A stretch of 64,000 bases of DNA from Promethearchaeia archaeon. Lineage in GTDB: Archaea; Asgardarchaeota; Lokiarchaeia; Sigyniarchaeales; SOKP01. Below the pieces are notes generated by a model. It searched no databases. It was not told the origin of the DNA and was given only the letters and a program-made list of their open reading frames with translations. A program made the position numbers and the translations under genes. Position 1 is the first letter of the stretch, and the number at the start of each line of letters is the position of its first letter. Shown piece after piece: positions 42,774 through 51,607 of this stretch. The stretch spans positions 1 through 64,000 of the forward strand of contig JAHQWL010000103.1 in assembly GCA_029856155.1 (NCBI GenBank), written 5' to 3'.

Positions 42774-43727
42774 TTAATAATTATACAACTCAGTTGACAA
42801 GTATCTTTCCCCAGTATCACATATAATAAATACAATGTTCTGTCCGGCTTCAAATTGTTTTGATACTAAATTTATTGCCGCCCAAGCTATTGCACCCGAG
42901 CTAATTCCTGAAAAAATTCCTTCTAATCTAGCTAAATCTCTTGCTGTTTTAATAGCATCTTCATATTCTACTTGAATAACTTGATCATAAATCTTTGTAT
43001 TAAGAACATCTGGTACAAAACCGGCACCGATTCCTTGAATTTTGTGTGATCCGGGATTTCCCCCTGATAAAACAGGAGAGTCTTTTGGTTCTATAGCGTA
43101 CACCTTCAATTTAGCACCAATTTTTTTTTTTAAAACTTCTCCAACTCCGGTAATAGTTCCTCCTGTACCGACCCCCGCGACAAAAGCATCTACATTCCCA
43201 TCTAGATCATTAATTATCTCAATCGCTGTTGTTTTGCGATGAATTTCTGGATTTGCTAAATTTTTAAACTGTTGGGGAATATATACTTTCCCTTTTTCTT
43301 TGGCGATGTCTTCAGCCTTGACTATTGCACCTTTCATTCCTTCTTCTTTTGGAGTTAAAATTATATCTGCTCCATAAGCTTTTAAAATTTTAACTCGTTC
43401 AATTGATACGCTCTCAGGCATGACAAGAATTAATTTATATCCTTTTGCAGCACAAACTAAAGCCAATCCAATACCAGTATTACCAGAGGTTGGTTCCACA
43501 ATAATTGTTTCGTTATTTATTATCCCCTTTTCCTCTGCTGCTTGAATCATAGCAATTCCAATCCTATCCTTTATACTTCCTCCGGGATTAAAATATTCTA
43601 ATTTAGCATAAAGGTTCGGTTTTGGATTTATATTCTCTACAATTCTATTCAACCTAACTAGAGGCGTTTTACCTATTGTCTCAAGTATGCTGTTATATAT
43701 ATTTGTCATTTTAAATCCCTCCCCCAT
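42774..43727 (-). CDS. cysK: Cysteine synthase A
   Basis: [46 protein letters not shown]; start could be 43709. Confidence 0.95.
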   Translation of the reverse strand: MGEGFKMTNIYNSILETIGKTPLVRLNRIVENINPKPNLYAKLEYFNPGGSIKDRIGIAMIQAAEEKGIINNETIIVEPTSGNTGIGLALVCAAKGYKLILVMPESVSIERVKILKAYGADIILTPKEEGMKGAIVKAEDIAKEKGKVYIPQQFKNLANPEIHRKTTAIEIINDLDGNVDAFVAGVGTGGTITGVGEVLKKKIGAKLKVYAIEPKDSPVLSGGNPGSHKIQGIGAGFVPDVLNTKIYDQVIQVEYEDAIKTARDLARLEGIFSGISSGAIAWAAINLVSKQFEAGQNIVFIICDTGERYLSTELYNY

Positions 43728-44556
43728 GTTTTCCGTAATAAATTTGTATTTCCTCTTGTTTTTTCTTAGTTTTATCTAAGACTCTCACTTCTAATTCTTT
43801 TATTCTTTTATCTAGACTAGAAACTGCAATTGCAATTGGATCTGGTAGATCTCCGTGTCTTAAGTCAATTTTTTCGATTTCTTCTCCTTTTTTAGAAATA
43901 ATTTTACCGGGTACTCCAACCACTACACAATGTGGGGGAACATCTTCTACAATAACTGAATTAGCTCCAACTCTAACATTATCTCCGATTTTGATAGGTC
44001 CTAAGATCTTTGCTCCCGCCCCTATTACCACATTATTACCAATAGTTGGATGTCTTTTCACTTTTTCTAAACTGGTTCCACCCAGCACTACTCCTGAATA
44101 TAAGGTGACATTATTACCGATTTCTGTTGTTTCGCCAATTACAACACCTGATCCATGATCGATAAAAAATTCTGCTCCAATATCAGCACCAGGATGTATT
44201 TCAATTGCAGTTAAATCTCTTGCTATATCCGAAATATATCTAGGGATAAAAGGCATCTTTAATTTCCAAAAGAAATGAGCTATTCTATATAAAAGGACTG
44301 CTTTTACTCCGGGATAACCAGCTAATACTTCAATTAAAGTATTTGCTGCGGGATCTTTATTGAAAGCAGCATTGACATCTGATATAAAAAAATCTAAAAT
44401 TTTTTGTAAATTTCGATCAATTTCTCTATTATCTAAATCTTCAGTCTTAAAATTCAAATTTAATAGACATTCAGTACATTGAGTTTGAATATGTTTAGAT
44501 TTAGGACCTAAGGTTTTACCACAGTTTAAACAACGAATAAATTCATCCATTTCCAT
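43711..44556 (-). CDS. cysE: Serine O-acetyltransferase with N-terminal CxxC...CxxC extension
   Basis: [35 protein letters not shown]. Confidence 0.93.
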   Translation of the reverse strand: MEMDEFIRCLNCGKTLGPKSKHIQTQCTECLLNLNFKTEDLDNREIDRNLQKILDFFISDVNAAFNKDPAANTLIEVLAGYPGVKAVLLYRIAHFFWKLKMPFIPRYISDIARDLTAIEIHPGADIGAEFFIDHGSGVVIGETTEIGNNVTLYSGVVLGGTSLEKVKRHPTIGNNVVIGAGAKILGPIKIGDNVRVGANSVIVEDVPPHCVVVGVPGKIISKKGEEIEKIDLRHGDLPDPIAIAVSSLDKRIKELEVRVLDKTKKKQEEIQIYYGKHGGGI

Positions 44557-44739
44557 AATTTCTCACATGAATTATTTTTAGAAATCTCAATTGGAATTAA
44601 TTAATTAAAAAGTTTTGAAATTTCATAAAATTTTTGGTTATAAATAATATATTGTACAGAATAAAGGTTTATGTTCAGTTTAGATTCTTGTTTATCTAAA
44701 TTACTTTTCTTCAAAACAAAAATTTGTTTGTTAAAAGTC

Positions 44740-45663
44740 TTAGATAACTTCTAATATTGTTCTTTTCGTAGAACTAAGCTCTTTTTCATTAGAATAAGTA
44801 AATTCTTTTATAATTACATTGGATAATTTGATACTATTACCATCTTCAATCTTTTTAACGCATTCCACAGCTTGCAACCCCCAAATATTAACTCTAATTG
44901 AGCTTGTATCATCACTTAAAATGAGCTTCAATAGAAAAGATTTCTCACCATTCTTTAATGTTAATTCTTTAAATTCTTGAACTTGAACAATACCCTTGAC
45001 AAAACGTATAAAGCCTTCCTTACTATATAATTCCTCTATTGTGAATTTAGAGGGGACTGGTTTAGAAACCCTTTTCTCAATAGACTTGGAGTGATCCACA
45101 TTCTTAACTTCGGGTAAAATTATTCCCTTTGGAGCCAATATTAGCTTTCCTTGCCTACTTAAATGCACTTCTAAATTATCCTTAATTCCTTTTTTAGAAT
45201 AAGCTCCAACAACTTGGATAATCTCTCCTGTCTGAAAAAATTGATTAGAAATAATCTCTGTTTGGTCATTCCACAACACAACCTTAACACAATCAGATTG
45301 ATCACAAATTTGAAATGAGCCAACTGTTCCTGGAGTCCCATCTTTCCTTAAAAATTCTTTTTTCCCCTGAATTTCAGTTATCCTTCCTGCTATGACAATA
45401 TTTCTCATATTTTCAGTAATATTAGAGATAGGTATTGCGAAGTCATTATAATCTATAATATCTTCTGTTATGCGATCTAAAATCTCATTATTTTCTGAAG
45501 AATCAACTTTGACTCCATTCTCTTTTGCGATTAAATATAAGATTGCTTGTTTGTTCATGAAACCTTGGAATTCAGTTTCTTTTTCCTTAACTTGTGCCGT
45601 AAGATCATCCTCACTCATTCCTGCATCCAACAACGCCTGGTAAATTTCTTCAGCTCGTTCCAC
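44740..45663 (-). CDS. RPA/SSB-like protein with two OB folds
   Basis: N-terminal helical domain (LYLIAKENGV); EFLRKDGTPGTVGSFQICDQSDCVKVVLWN; LILSDDTSSIRVNIWG. Confidence 0.85.
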   Translation of the reverse strand: MERAEEIYQALLDAGMSEDDLTAQVKEKETEFQGFMNKQAILYLIAKENGVKVDSSENNEILDRITEDIIDYNDFAIPISNITENMRNIVIAGRITEIQGKKEFLRKDGTPGTVGSFQICDQSDCVKVVLWNDQTEIISNQFFQTGEIIQVVGAYSKKGIKDNLEVHLSRQGKLILAPKGIILPEVKNVDHSKSIEKRVSKPVPSKFTIEELYSKEGFIRFVKGIVQVQEFKELTLKNGEKSFLLKLILSDDTSSIRVNIWGLQAVECVKKIEDGNSIKLSNVIIKEFTYSNEKELSSTKRTILEVI

Positions 45664-45687
45664 TGTATTATTTCACACCTTTCTATT

Positions 45688-45921
45688 TTATTCATATATA
45701 AAAGGAAAATTGCTTTGTCTATCATTCATATTAAATTTTGAAAGATTAACTTGTTCTGGAGTATTTAGAGGATATATTTCAGGATTTATGTTACAATTCC
45801 ATGAATACACGTGTCTATCATTATTAAATACTACACCAAACTCATTAGAGTGATGAATACAAACGGAAAATTTCCTTCTTCCATATGAATTTATACTTCT
45901 AAATTCATGTTCTAATGACAT
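45688..45921 (-). CDS. Small hypothetical protein
   Basis: 77 aa; GTGA SD-like element; preceded by an exact island promoter motif. Confidence 0.45.
   Translation of the reverse strand: MSLEHEFRSINSYGRRKFSVCIHHSNEFGVVFNNDRHVYSWNCNINPEIYPLNTPEQVNLSKFNMNDRQSNFPFIYE
45695..45709 (-). promoter_or_regulatory. Variant island promoter motif (RPA)
   Basis: TTTTCCTTTTATATA, 32 nt upstream of the GTG. Confidence 0.45.
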
Positions 45922-45977
45922 TTTACATCACTTTCTTTTAATTTTAGAATTATTCTGGAAGAATATTACAAGGAGTC

Positions 45978-45992
45978 TATATAAAGAAAAAA
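45978..45992 (-). promoter_or_regulatory. Island promoter motif
   Basis: TTTTTTCTTTATATA, identical to 42536-42550. Confidence 0.6.
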
Positions 45993-46010
45993 TGCAAAGC
46001 CAAAAATCAA

Positions 46011-46619
46011 TTACTCTGATAAACTTTTGATAAATTTAGAAGTCAAACCAATTTTGTTACGAGTTCTGTGAAATGCATAAGCAGAGCAACTACATAATGC
46101 TCTTAAATTTGACTGAATTATTTTTTGAGGTTCACTTTTAGCAATCAAATCAGTTATAAATATAACAATTGTTAATTGAGTCATTAATTGCGGCCAAAAA
46201 AATAAGGTATCTAACTTGTCTTTTAATCTTCGAGCATTTTCTTTTGCTCGTTTGTAATCGAACACTGGAGCTAGCCGGTAAAATCTATGTAAAATAATGT
46301 TAATAATTTGGTTTTGGTCTCTAGCATGGAGCACCTTTGGATTGTTATTGATAAATTTTCTGAAATTTAGCAAACCAATTAAAAATTCACTGATAAACTT
46401 ATGAACAAGTTTAACTGGAATGTTTAAGGCTTCACTTATGCGCTTATTTTCGGAAGTTGTTATGACTCTTACCTTTTCTCTAATTGTTAAAAAAGAAATA
46501 TTTCGAAACAAGTAATTTAATATAATTGGTTTTAATTTATTCTGAGACTTATAAAAGTTATTATAATAATCATTTATACTGTCTAATTCGAAGCTTTCCT
46601 TTTTTAATGTCTGAGTCAT
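46011..46619 (-). CDS. Helical protein, possible TFB-like cyclin/HTH protein without a Zn ribbon
   Basis: KRISEALNIPVKLVHKF and IVIFITD...IIQSNLRALCSCSAYAFHRTRNKI resemble TFB cyclin-repeat HTH ends. Confidence 0.5.
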   Translation of the reverse strand: MTQTLKKESFELDSINDYYNNFYKSQNKLKPIILNYLFRNISFLTIREKVRVITTSENKRISEALNIPVKLVHKFISEFLIGLLNFRKFINNNPKVLHARDQNQIINIILHRFYRLAPVFDYKRAKENARRLKDKLDTLFFWPQLMTQLTIVIFITDLIAKSEPQKIIQSNLRALCSCSAYAFHRTRNKIGLTSKFIKSLSE

Positions 46620-46668
46620 GATTTCCTCAATGTTTCAATTAAATCTTAATAAATGTTTATAACAAGTG

Positions 46669-46683
46669 TATTTAAACAAAAAA
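46669..46683 (-). promoter_or_regulatory. Island promoter motif
   Basis: TTTTTTGTTTAAATA, 50 nt upstream of ATG 46619. Confidence 0.6.
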
Positions 46684-46725
46684 TAAGTAAAAGTGCTAAA
46701 GGTGTTTCATATTAAAAGAAAAAAT

Positions 46726-47820
46726 TTAGAGAAGATTATCTAATGTAATTTGGAATTTTCGCGGTTTTTGTCTCTGATGAATAAAAAATTCTCTAGAAGC
46801 AGTATAATTTTTTTCAAAGATATCCAGGTTTTTCTCAACACGTTCTTTATTGAGATAATGTTCTTCACATAATAAAGATAATACTCTTGTTTTATTTGCT
46901 GGATTCCAAAATATATTGTCAATTTGTTCATTTATATGAGGAAACAAAAATATTTTTCTCACTTTTTTTATTATATCAGGATTTAACTCACCAAAATCGT
47001 AATTATTATATTCTTTTAGAATAAGGGTCTCAATGGATTTGTATTTTCGAATAAGTTGTAATGCTTTTTTTGATCCAATACCATCAATCCCTGGAAAATA
47101 ATCTATACCAACTAATATCCCAATATCAATGAGTTGAAAAATTGAAATCCCTAAATTCTTTAAATTCTTCTGTAAATCAATTGAGACTGGTTGTATCTTT
47201 TTGTATCTCCATTTTCCCTGAATTTTCCTCTTTAACGATTTCGAGAGATTTTGAATAACATAAGGGCATCCAAATAAGAGTGAATCGAAATCTTGGGAAT
47301 TTGAGAAATTTGCGATTTTTTGTTTTACTAAGAATGCACATTGAGATTCTGCTGAAGCGGGAGAATCTATAAAAGGAATACCCAAAGCTCCCAGAAGTTG
47401 TTTTGATTCTTCTATTATATTCTGCCACATATATTCTTTACTTAAGGCAATTTTTCTTGCTAAATCTCTGTTGTGCTGACTTATAGCTTCCTTATACCAT
47501 TTTCGAATAAAAATGAAATCTTTTAACTGATCTTTTGTTATCACTTTTTTCAGTTCAGAAACTTTTCCATCAAAACAAAAAATAGGAAATATTCTCTTAC
47601 TATAATAAAAATTCACTCGATACAATAAACCATATAAGTGTGATATTGGTCTCTGCGTTCTGTCTAAAATCAATCCCGCGTCAGTTCCATCTGAGTCTTT
47701 GCGAGCAAAGGTGAATAGCCCCATTATAATATTCGGAGCATCAATCGCTATAATTTTACCCTTTAAGTCTTGATATTCAAGTTGCTTTCGAACTATAATG
47801 TTTTGAAGTTTAACTCCCAT
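46726..47820 (-). CDS. fen: Divergent flap endonuclease-1 (FEN1/XPG family) paralogue
   Basis: MGVKL, IAIDA, SHLYGLLYR, FDG, SQDFDSLLFG, VGIDY.PGIDGIG; C-terminal PIP-like QITLDNLL. Confidence 0.88.
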   Translation of the reverse strand: MGVKLQNIIVRKQLEYQDLKGKIIAIDAPNIIMGLFTFARKDSDGTDAGLILDRTQRPISHLYGLLYRVNFYYSKRIFPIFCFDGKVSELKKVITKDQLKDFIFIRKWYKEAISQHNRDLARKIALSKEYMWQNIIEESKQLLGALGIPFIDSPASAESQCAFLVKQKIANFSNSQDFDSLLFGCPYVIQNLSKSLKRKIQGKWRYKKIQPVSIDLQKNLKNLGISIFQLIDIGILVGIDYFPGIDGIGSKKALQLIRKYKSIETLILKEYNNYDFGELNPDIIKKVRKIFLFPHINEQIDNIFWNPANKTRVLSLLCEEHYLNKERVEKNLDIFEKNYTASREFFIHQRQKPRKFQITLDNLL

Positions 47821-47846
47821 GATTAAGAAGTGCTACATAGTGTAAA

Positions 47847-47861
47847 TATAAAAAGAAAAAA
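47847..47861 (-). promoter_or_regulatory. Island promoter motif (FEN1, leaderless-type spacing)
   Basis: TTTTTTCTTTTTATA, 27 nt upstream of the ATG. Confidence 0.65.
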
Positions 47862-47878
47862 TGAATTTTAAAATTAAA

Positions 47879-47947
47879 TTACCATCCTTTTATAAAATGG
47901 TAAAGTCGAAAAAAGACATTAAATATATTTAACTTATTATGCTTCAT
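47879..47947 (-). other. Candidate 22-aa small ORF or small RNA under an island promoter
   Basis: GAGGTGAACT-ATG then MKHNKLNIFNVFFRLYHFIKGW*; motif TTTTTTATTTATATA at 47997-48011. Confidence 0.4.
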
Positions 47948-48048
47948 AGTTCACCTCTAGAATATGGTTATAGGTGAACTTATGATCATATGAGGGTATA
48001 TAAATAAAAAAATGAGATTATAAAATTAGTTGTTAATGAATATCGTCT

Positions 48049-48273
48049 TTAAGTTTTTTTAAAAAGTTTTTTTCGTGTTTCTTCGTCTTTAAGCTCATCA
48101 AATGCATCAACAAAACTACTTAAATCTTCTTCTGCTAGAATATTTTCATCCTCGATGTCACTCTCAAGATCTTCAATAAAAAAGTTCAAATGGCAATGAG
48201 TACATTCAATATGATCTTCATATACAATGACATCTTCCGACTTGCACTCTGGACAGTAATATTCTGAAGGCAT
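48049..48273 (-). CDS. Small TFIIB-type Zn-ribbon protein with acidic tail
   Basis: YYCPECKSEDVIVYEDHIECTHC...ENILAEEDL; motif TTTTTTGTTTTTATA at 48355-48369. Confidence 0.72.
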   Translation of the reverse strand: MPSEYYCPECKSEDVIVYEDHIECTHCHLNFFIEDLESDIEDENILAEEDLSSFVDAFDELKDEETRKKLFKKT

Positions 48274-48467
48274 TCTAGGGATAAAAATTAGACATAACTG
48301 GATAGTTACTAATATTATTATAACTGAGAATTTAAAATTATCATTGCTGATAATTATAAAAACAAAAAAAGGGAATTTGATGGGAATTTTTTCTCACCTT
48401 CTAATACTGATTAACTTTTAGTTTTATTTCATCTTTTTAAATAAAAATCGAGTTTTGACAGTACGGC

Positions 48468-48482
48468 TTTTTTCTTTAAAAG
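48468..48482 (+). promoter_or_regulatory. Island promoter motif in a divergent intergenic region
   Basis: TTTTTTCTTTAAAAG. Confidence 0.5.
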
Positions 48483-48599
48483 TGTATGAAAAAATTATCA
48501 CACAAAATTATTAGGTAAAAATGGTGAAACACCATCTCTAAAAAAAGATATTATAATTCAATTGAAGTATTATATGACCAAAAGGCAACCTCGCGAACA

Positions 48600-48920
48600 T
48601 TGATGATGGTTATTTTTGGAATTGCTTTATTTGTACTTATTTTTTTTCCATTCTATGGCATAAGTTTAAGATTTCATCTAGGATATATATTGAAAAAACT
48701 TTTTGATACGATAGGGAGATTTTCTTTGATTGGGGGCGCATTTTTAATAATTTTGTGTTTGATAAGTGTTTTTCTTGGAAGAAAAATAAGAGTAGGATGG
48801 TTTATAGTGGCAATAGTGTTGCTATGGGTCGGTAGTTGGTCTACAGGAATTATTATTGATATCTGGGGTTTTATTATTGGTACTTCTGAGAATACCGGAG
48901 GAGGAAGTGGATACTTCTAA
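48600..48920 (+). CDS. Small three-TM membrane protein
   Basis: Three hydrophobic helices; Gly-rich C-terminus. Confidence 0.65.
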   Translation: MMMVIFGIALFVLIFFPFYGISLRFHLGYILKKLFDTIGRFSLIGGAFLIILCLISVFLGRKIRVGWFIVAIVLLWVGSWSTGIIIDIWGFIIGTSENTGGGSGYF

Positions 48921-48963
48921 TTAATTTTTGAGAATACTTTTCACTTAATTTGATAAAGCAATA

Positions 48964-49182
48964 TCAATAAATTCGAAAATATCTTAATCCTGTATTAATC
49001 CCGCAGACTGTTAATAGAATAATTGAAACAACAACAACTCCTATCATTTTATGACGCTGAAATTGTCCTAAAAATAGCCATCCAAGAATCCCTATAATCA
49101 ATCCAAGCAGTCCGATTATTGAACCTAATGCCAATAGAAATTTAATTGCTTCTCCTATCTGATCAAAATAATCAAACATCAT
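48964..49182 (-). CDS. Small helical-hairpin membrane protein, VirB2/CedA1-pilin-like architecture
   Basis: Amphipathic N-terminus, TM1 LLALGSIIGLLGLIIGILGWLFLG, basic loop QRHK, TM2 MIGVVVVSIILLTVCG. Confidence 0.6.
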   Translation of the reverse strand: MMFDYFDQIGEAIKFLLALGSIIGLLGLIIGILGWLFLGQFQRHKMIGVVVVSIILLTVCGINTGLRYFRIY

Positions 49183-49206
49183 TATACTACTTAATAGGAT
49201 GCTATA

Positions 49207-49251
49207 TTTATAAATAAAAAAAACAAATAGCCGATTATTTTTCTTTAAATA
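49207..49251. promoter_or_regulatory. Back-to-back island promoter motifs
   Basis: Minus strand TTTTTTATTTATAAA (49207-49221, 25 nt from ATG 49182); plus strand ATTTTTCTTTAAATA (49237-49251, 50 nt from ATG 49301). Confidence 0.62.
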
Positions 49252-49300
49252 TTTGAGATTTACTTAAGCTGTAATCAATCAAATATCTTGTATATCTAAT

Positions 49301-49618
49301 ATGAGAAAACTAGAAGAAATTGGTATTTGCCCTAATTGTGATTGTACAATTTCAAGTTTTAAGACCCAAAATTACAAGCGATTTGCTAAATGTGAAATCT
49401 GTGGACTTTCATATGCTTTACCAAAGAAAGGTTCAATAAGTAATTCAGCTTTAATTTGTTCAAAAAATAAATTTCCTTTATTAATTATTGAAAGACAAAA
49501 TCAACCTGCATACTTTTGGACAGATGGTCCATGTTTTAGCTGTGTAAAATATGATAAATGTGAAAATGTGAAAGAATTAATTAATGAATTTAAAGAATTA
49601 CAGGTGTATGGCTATTAA
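49301..49618 (+). CDS. Multi-Cys Zn-finger protein resembling type IA topoisomerase C-terminal Zn ribbons
   Basis: IGICPNC...KRFAKCEICGLSYALPKKG...ICSK...CFSC. Confidence 0.65.
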   Translation: MRKLEEIGICPNCDCTISSFKTQNYKRFAKCEICGLSYALPKKGSISNSALICSKNKFPLLIIERQNQPAYFWTDGPCFSCVKYDKCENVKELINEFKELQVYGY

Positions 49619-50675
49619 GAAGGTCATGTCTATAAAAAATTCTAAGATTCTAATAATACTATTTATAATTATATCTTTCATCTCGCTAACAATTCTCACT
49701 AATTCTATTGGAAACTTTAGTCTTAAAAACAGAGAATCTGTTGAGAAACTACAACCACGTATGAGCGACGGTGAAAAATTAGTGGATAAAGTTTTTAACT
49801 TTACAACTGACAGAGATTATGTGACTTTCTCTAATAATATCTATTTCATTAAACCATATATCTATTATATCTCATTTCAAATCGTAACACCTCATGAATG
49901 TGATATAAATATCTCTTTATGGGATCCTGAAGGTGATAAATATGATATTTATGATAGTCGTCCGAATACAACTCTGTTAACACAATTCGAATATCAAGAG
50001 ATTCCATTCGGAGTATCGCTAACAGGAAATTATACTATAAAATTCCAAGCTCATCTAACAGAAAATCTTAATATTCATATCAAAATTATAAATAGTGGCT
50101 TGCAATGTCTTCAAGATGTTATTGAACCATCAGCTTTTAACAATAAAATTTTTTATCAAGCAAATAAGTTTAAAAATGGAGGGAATAACCCACTACATAA
50201 TGTAACTCTTAAATCAGATACACTATATAGATTCTACTTTGGAAGATATTCCCCTATAGCAGATCTATGTCAGAGTGAGACTAGAATTTTTTTTAATATA
50301 ACATCCTCTAATAATATTGAATACAAAATTTATGTTAATAAAACATTACCAGGTGTTTGTCAAGTAGAATTCTTTGATTTCGGAACTGCCGTGGAAGGGG
50401 GTTATATTATAAATATGACAATTAATTGTATGGTACCTTATGTAAATATTGCATATGCAATTGTAGAGGAAAGTAAAATTGCAGATGGCACTAATCCAAA
50501 TGATCCAGATCCTCCACCTGATGATCCCGTGAATAATACTAAAAGTGGAATCGAAGTTAGTATTCCCGTTCAATTCACTGTCGGAACATTAGCATTCATA
50601 GGATGTATTGTAAGCATACCAATTATAATTGTAGTGTATCAAAAACGAAAAAATCTATCAGGATTGAGTAATTAA
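49608..50675 (+). CDS. Surface protein: signal/TM, two beta-rich repeats, Pro/Asp linker, C-terminal TM anchor
   Basis: ILIILFIIISFISL; PFGVSLTGNYTI and DFGTAVEGGYII repeat ends; DPDPPPDDP; IPIIIVVYQKRK. Confidence 0.75.
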   Translation: MAIKKVMSIKNSKILIILFIIISFISLTILTNSIGNFSLKNRESVEKLQPRMSDGEKLVDKVFNFTTDRDYVTFSNNIYFIKPYIYYISFQIVTPHECDINISLWDPEGDKYDIYDSRPNTTLLTQFEYQEIPFGVSLTGNYTIKFQAHLTENLNIHIKIINSGLQCLQDVIEPSAFNNKIFYQANKFKNGGNNPLHNVTLKSDTLYRFYFGRYSPIADLCQSETRIFFNITSSNNIEYKIYVNKTLPGVCQVEFFDFGTAVEGGYIINMTINCMVPYVNIAYAIVEESKIADGTNPNDPDPPPDDPVNNTKSGIEVSIPVQFTVGTLAFIGCIVSIPIIIVVYQKRKNLSGLSN

Positions 50676-50719
50676 ATATAAGTTAAAAAAATAAATTTCT
50701 TTTTCTTATCATTTTACAT

Positions 50720-51115
50720 ATGGAAAATCTTGAAATTATTTTTTTAGAGTTAACAAAAATCTTAGAAAATAACTCGAGGACCTTTCTAATAAAAGATTAA
50801 TATATTGGTTCTCAAGCTAAGCAAAAAAAGCCCGCATATCATTTGTATGGGAGTAAAGAAGTTAGCTTATTTGGAAAGAAACCGCAACCCACATATATTG
50901 CAGGTGTAATACAACAAAAAAACTATGTAAGCTTTTATTTCTCGCCTATTTATTCGCACCCAGATTCATTCACAGACATCAGTACAGATCTTAAAAAAGT
51001 TTTGAAGGGAAAGTCCTGCTTTAATATGATTAAAATTACGCGTCCTCTTCTCAAGGAAATTGAAGACATCCTAAAGAGGGGAATAGATAAATACAAAGAA
51101 ATTGAGTGGATATGA
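50720..51115 (+). pseudogene. DUF1801/YdhG-like gene with an in-frame TAA
   Basis: ATG 50720 is in frame with the tracked ORF; TAA at 50798-50800; QKNYVSFYF and LKGKSCFN motifs. Confidence 0.6.
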
Positions 51116-51125
51116 ACTTAGATAA

Positions 51126-51506
51126 TTAAACTTTCCCATTCAATTTCAAGGCTGTATTCTGGATATTGGATAAAGAATTGTGGGGATCTGCTTTAGGCAT
51201 GATATAACACACCAGTATCCCTCCCTTAAATGGGACTAACACGACATGCCCATTTCCAGCTTTATCTGTTCCTATTATAGCTTCAGGAGTATTATAGACA
51301 ACCGCAAAATCCACTCCCATTAAATTGAGGGAGTTACTACCCTTGAGTGTATCCAGAATAGTCTTTGATTCTTTGGTTAAATCCCAATTAGCACCTTTTT
51401 GATAAATAATTTTCCCTTTACTCGACATAACGGAAACAGCAGCTACTTTATACCACTCGAGTTCCACTAATTCATCAATGATCTTTTCAACGTCAGTAAT
51501 TACCAT
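51126..51506 (-). CDS. Asgard (Loki-type) profilin
   Basis: IIDELVELE, GKIIYQ..NWDL, GVDFAVVYNTPE.IIGT..GNGHVVLVP, ILVCYIMP; GAGGT SD. Confidence 0.8.
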   Translation of the reverse strand: MVITDVEKIIDELVELEWYKVAAVSVMSSKGKIIYQKGANWDLTKESKTILDTLKGSNSLNLMGVDFAVVYNTPEAIIGTDKAGNGHVVLVPFKGGILVCYIMPKADPHNSLSNIQNTALKLNGKV

Positions 51507-51607
51507 TTGTAATTACCTCAAGTTATTCATTGTTTTTAAACCTAACATAAATAAAATGTAAAGAAAATGATTAGAGAAATTGATAACTAATATTAAAAAA
51601 ATAAGAT

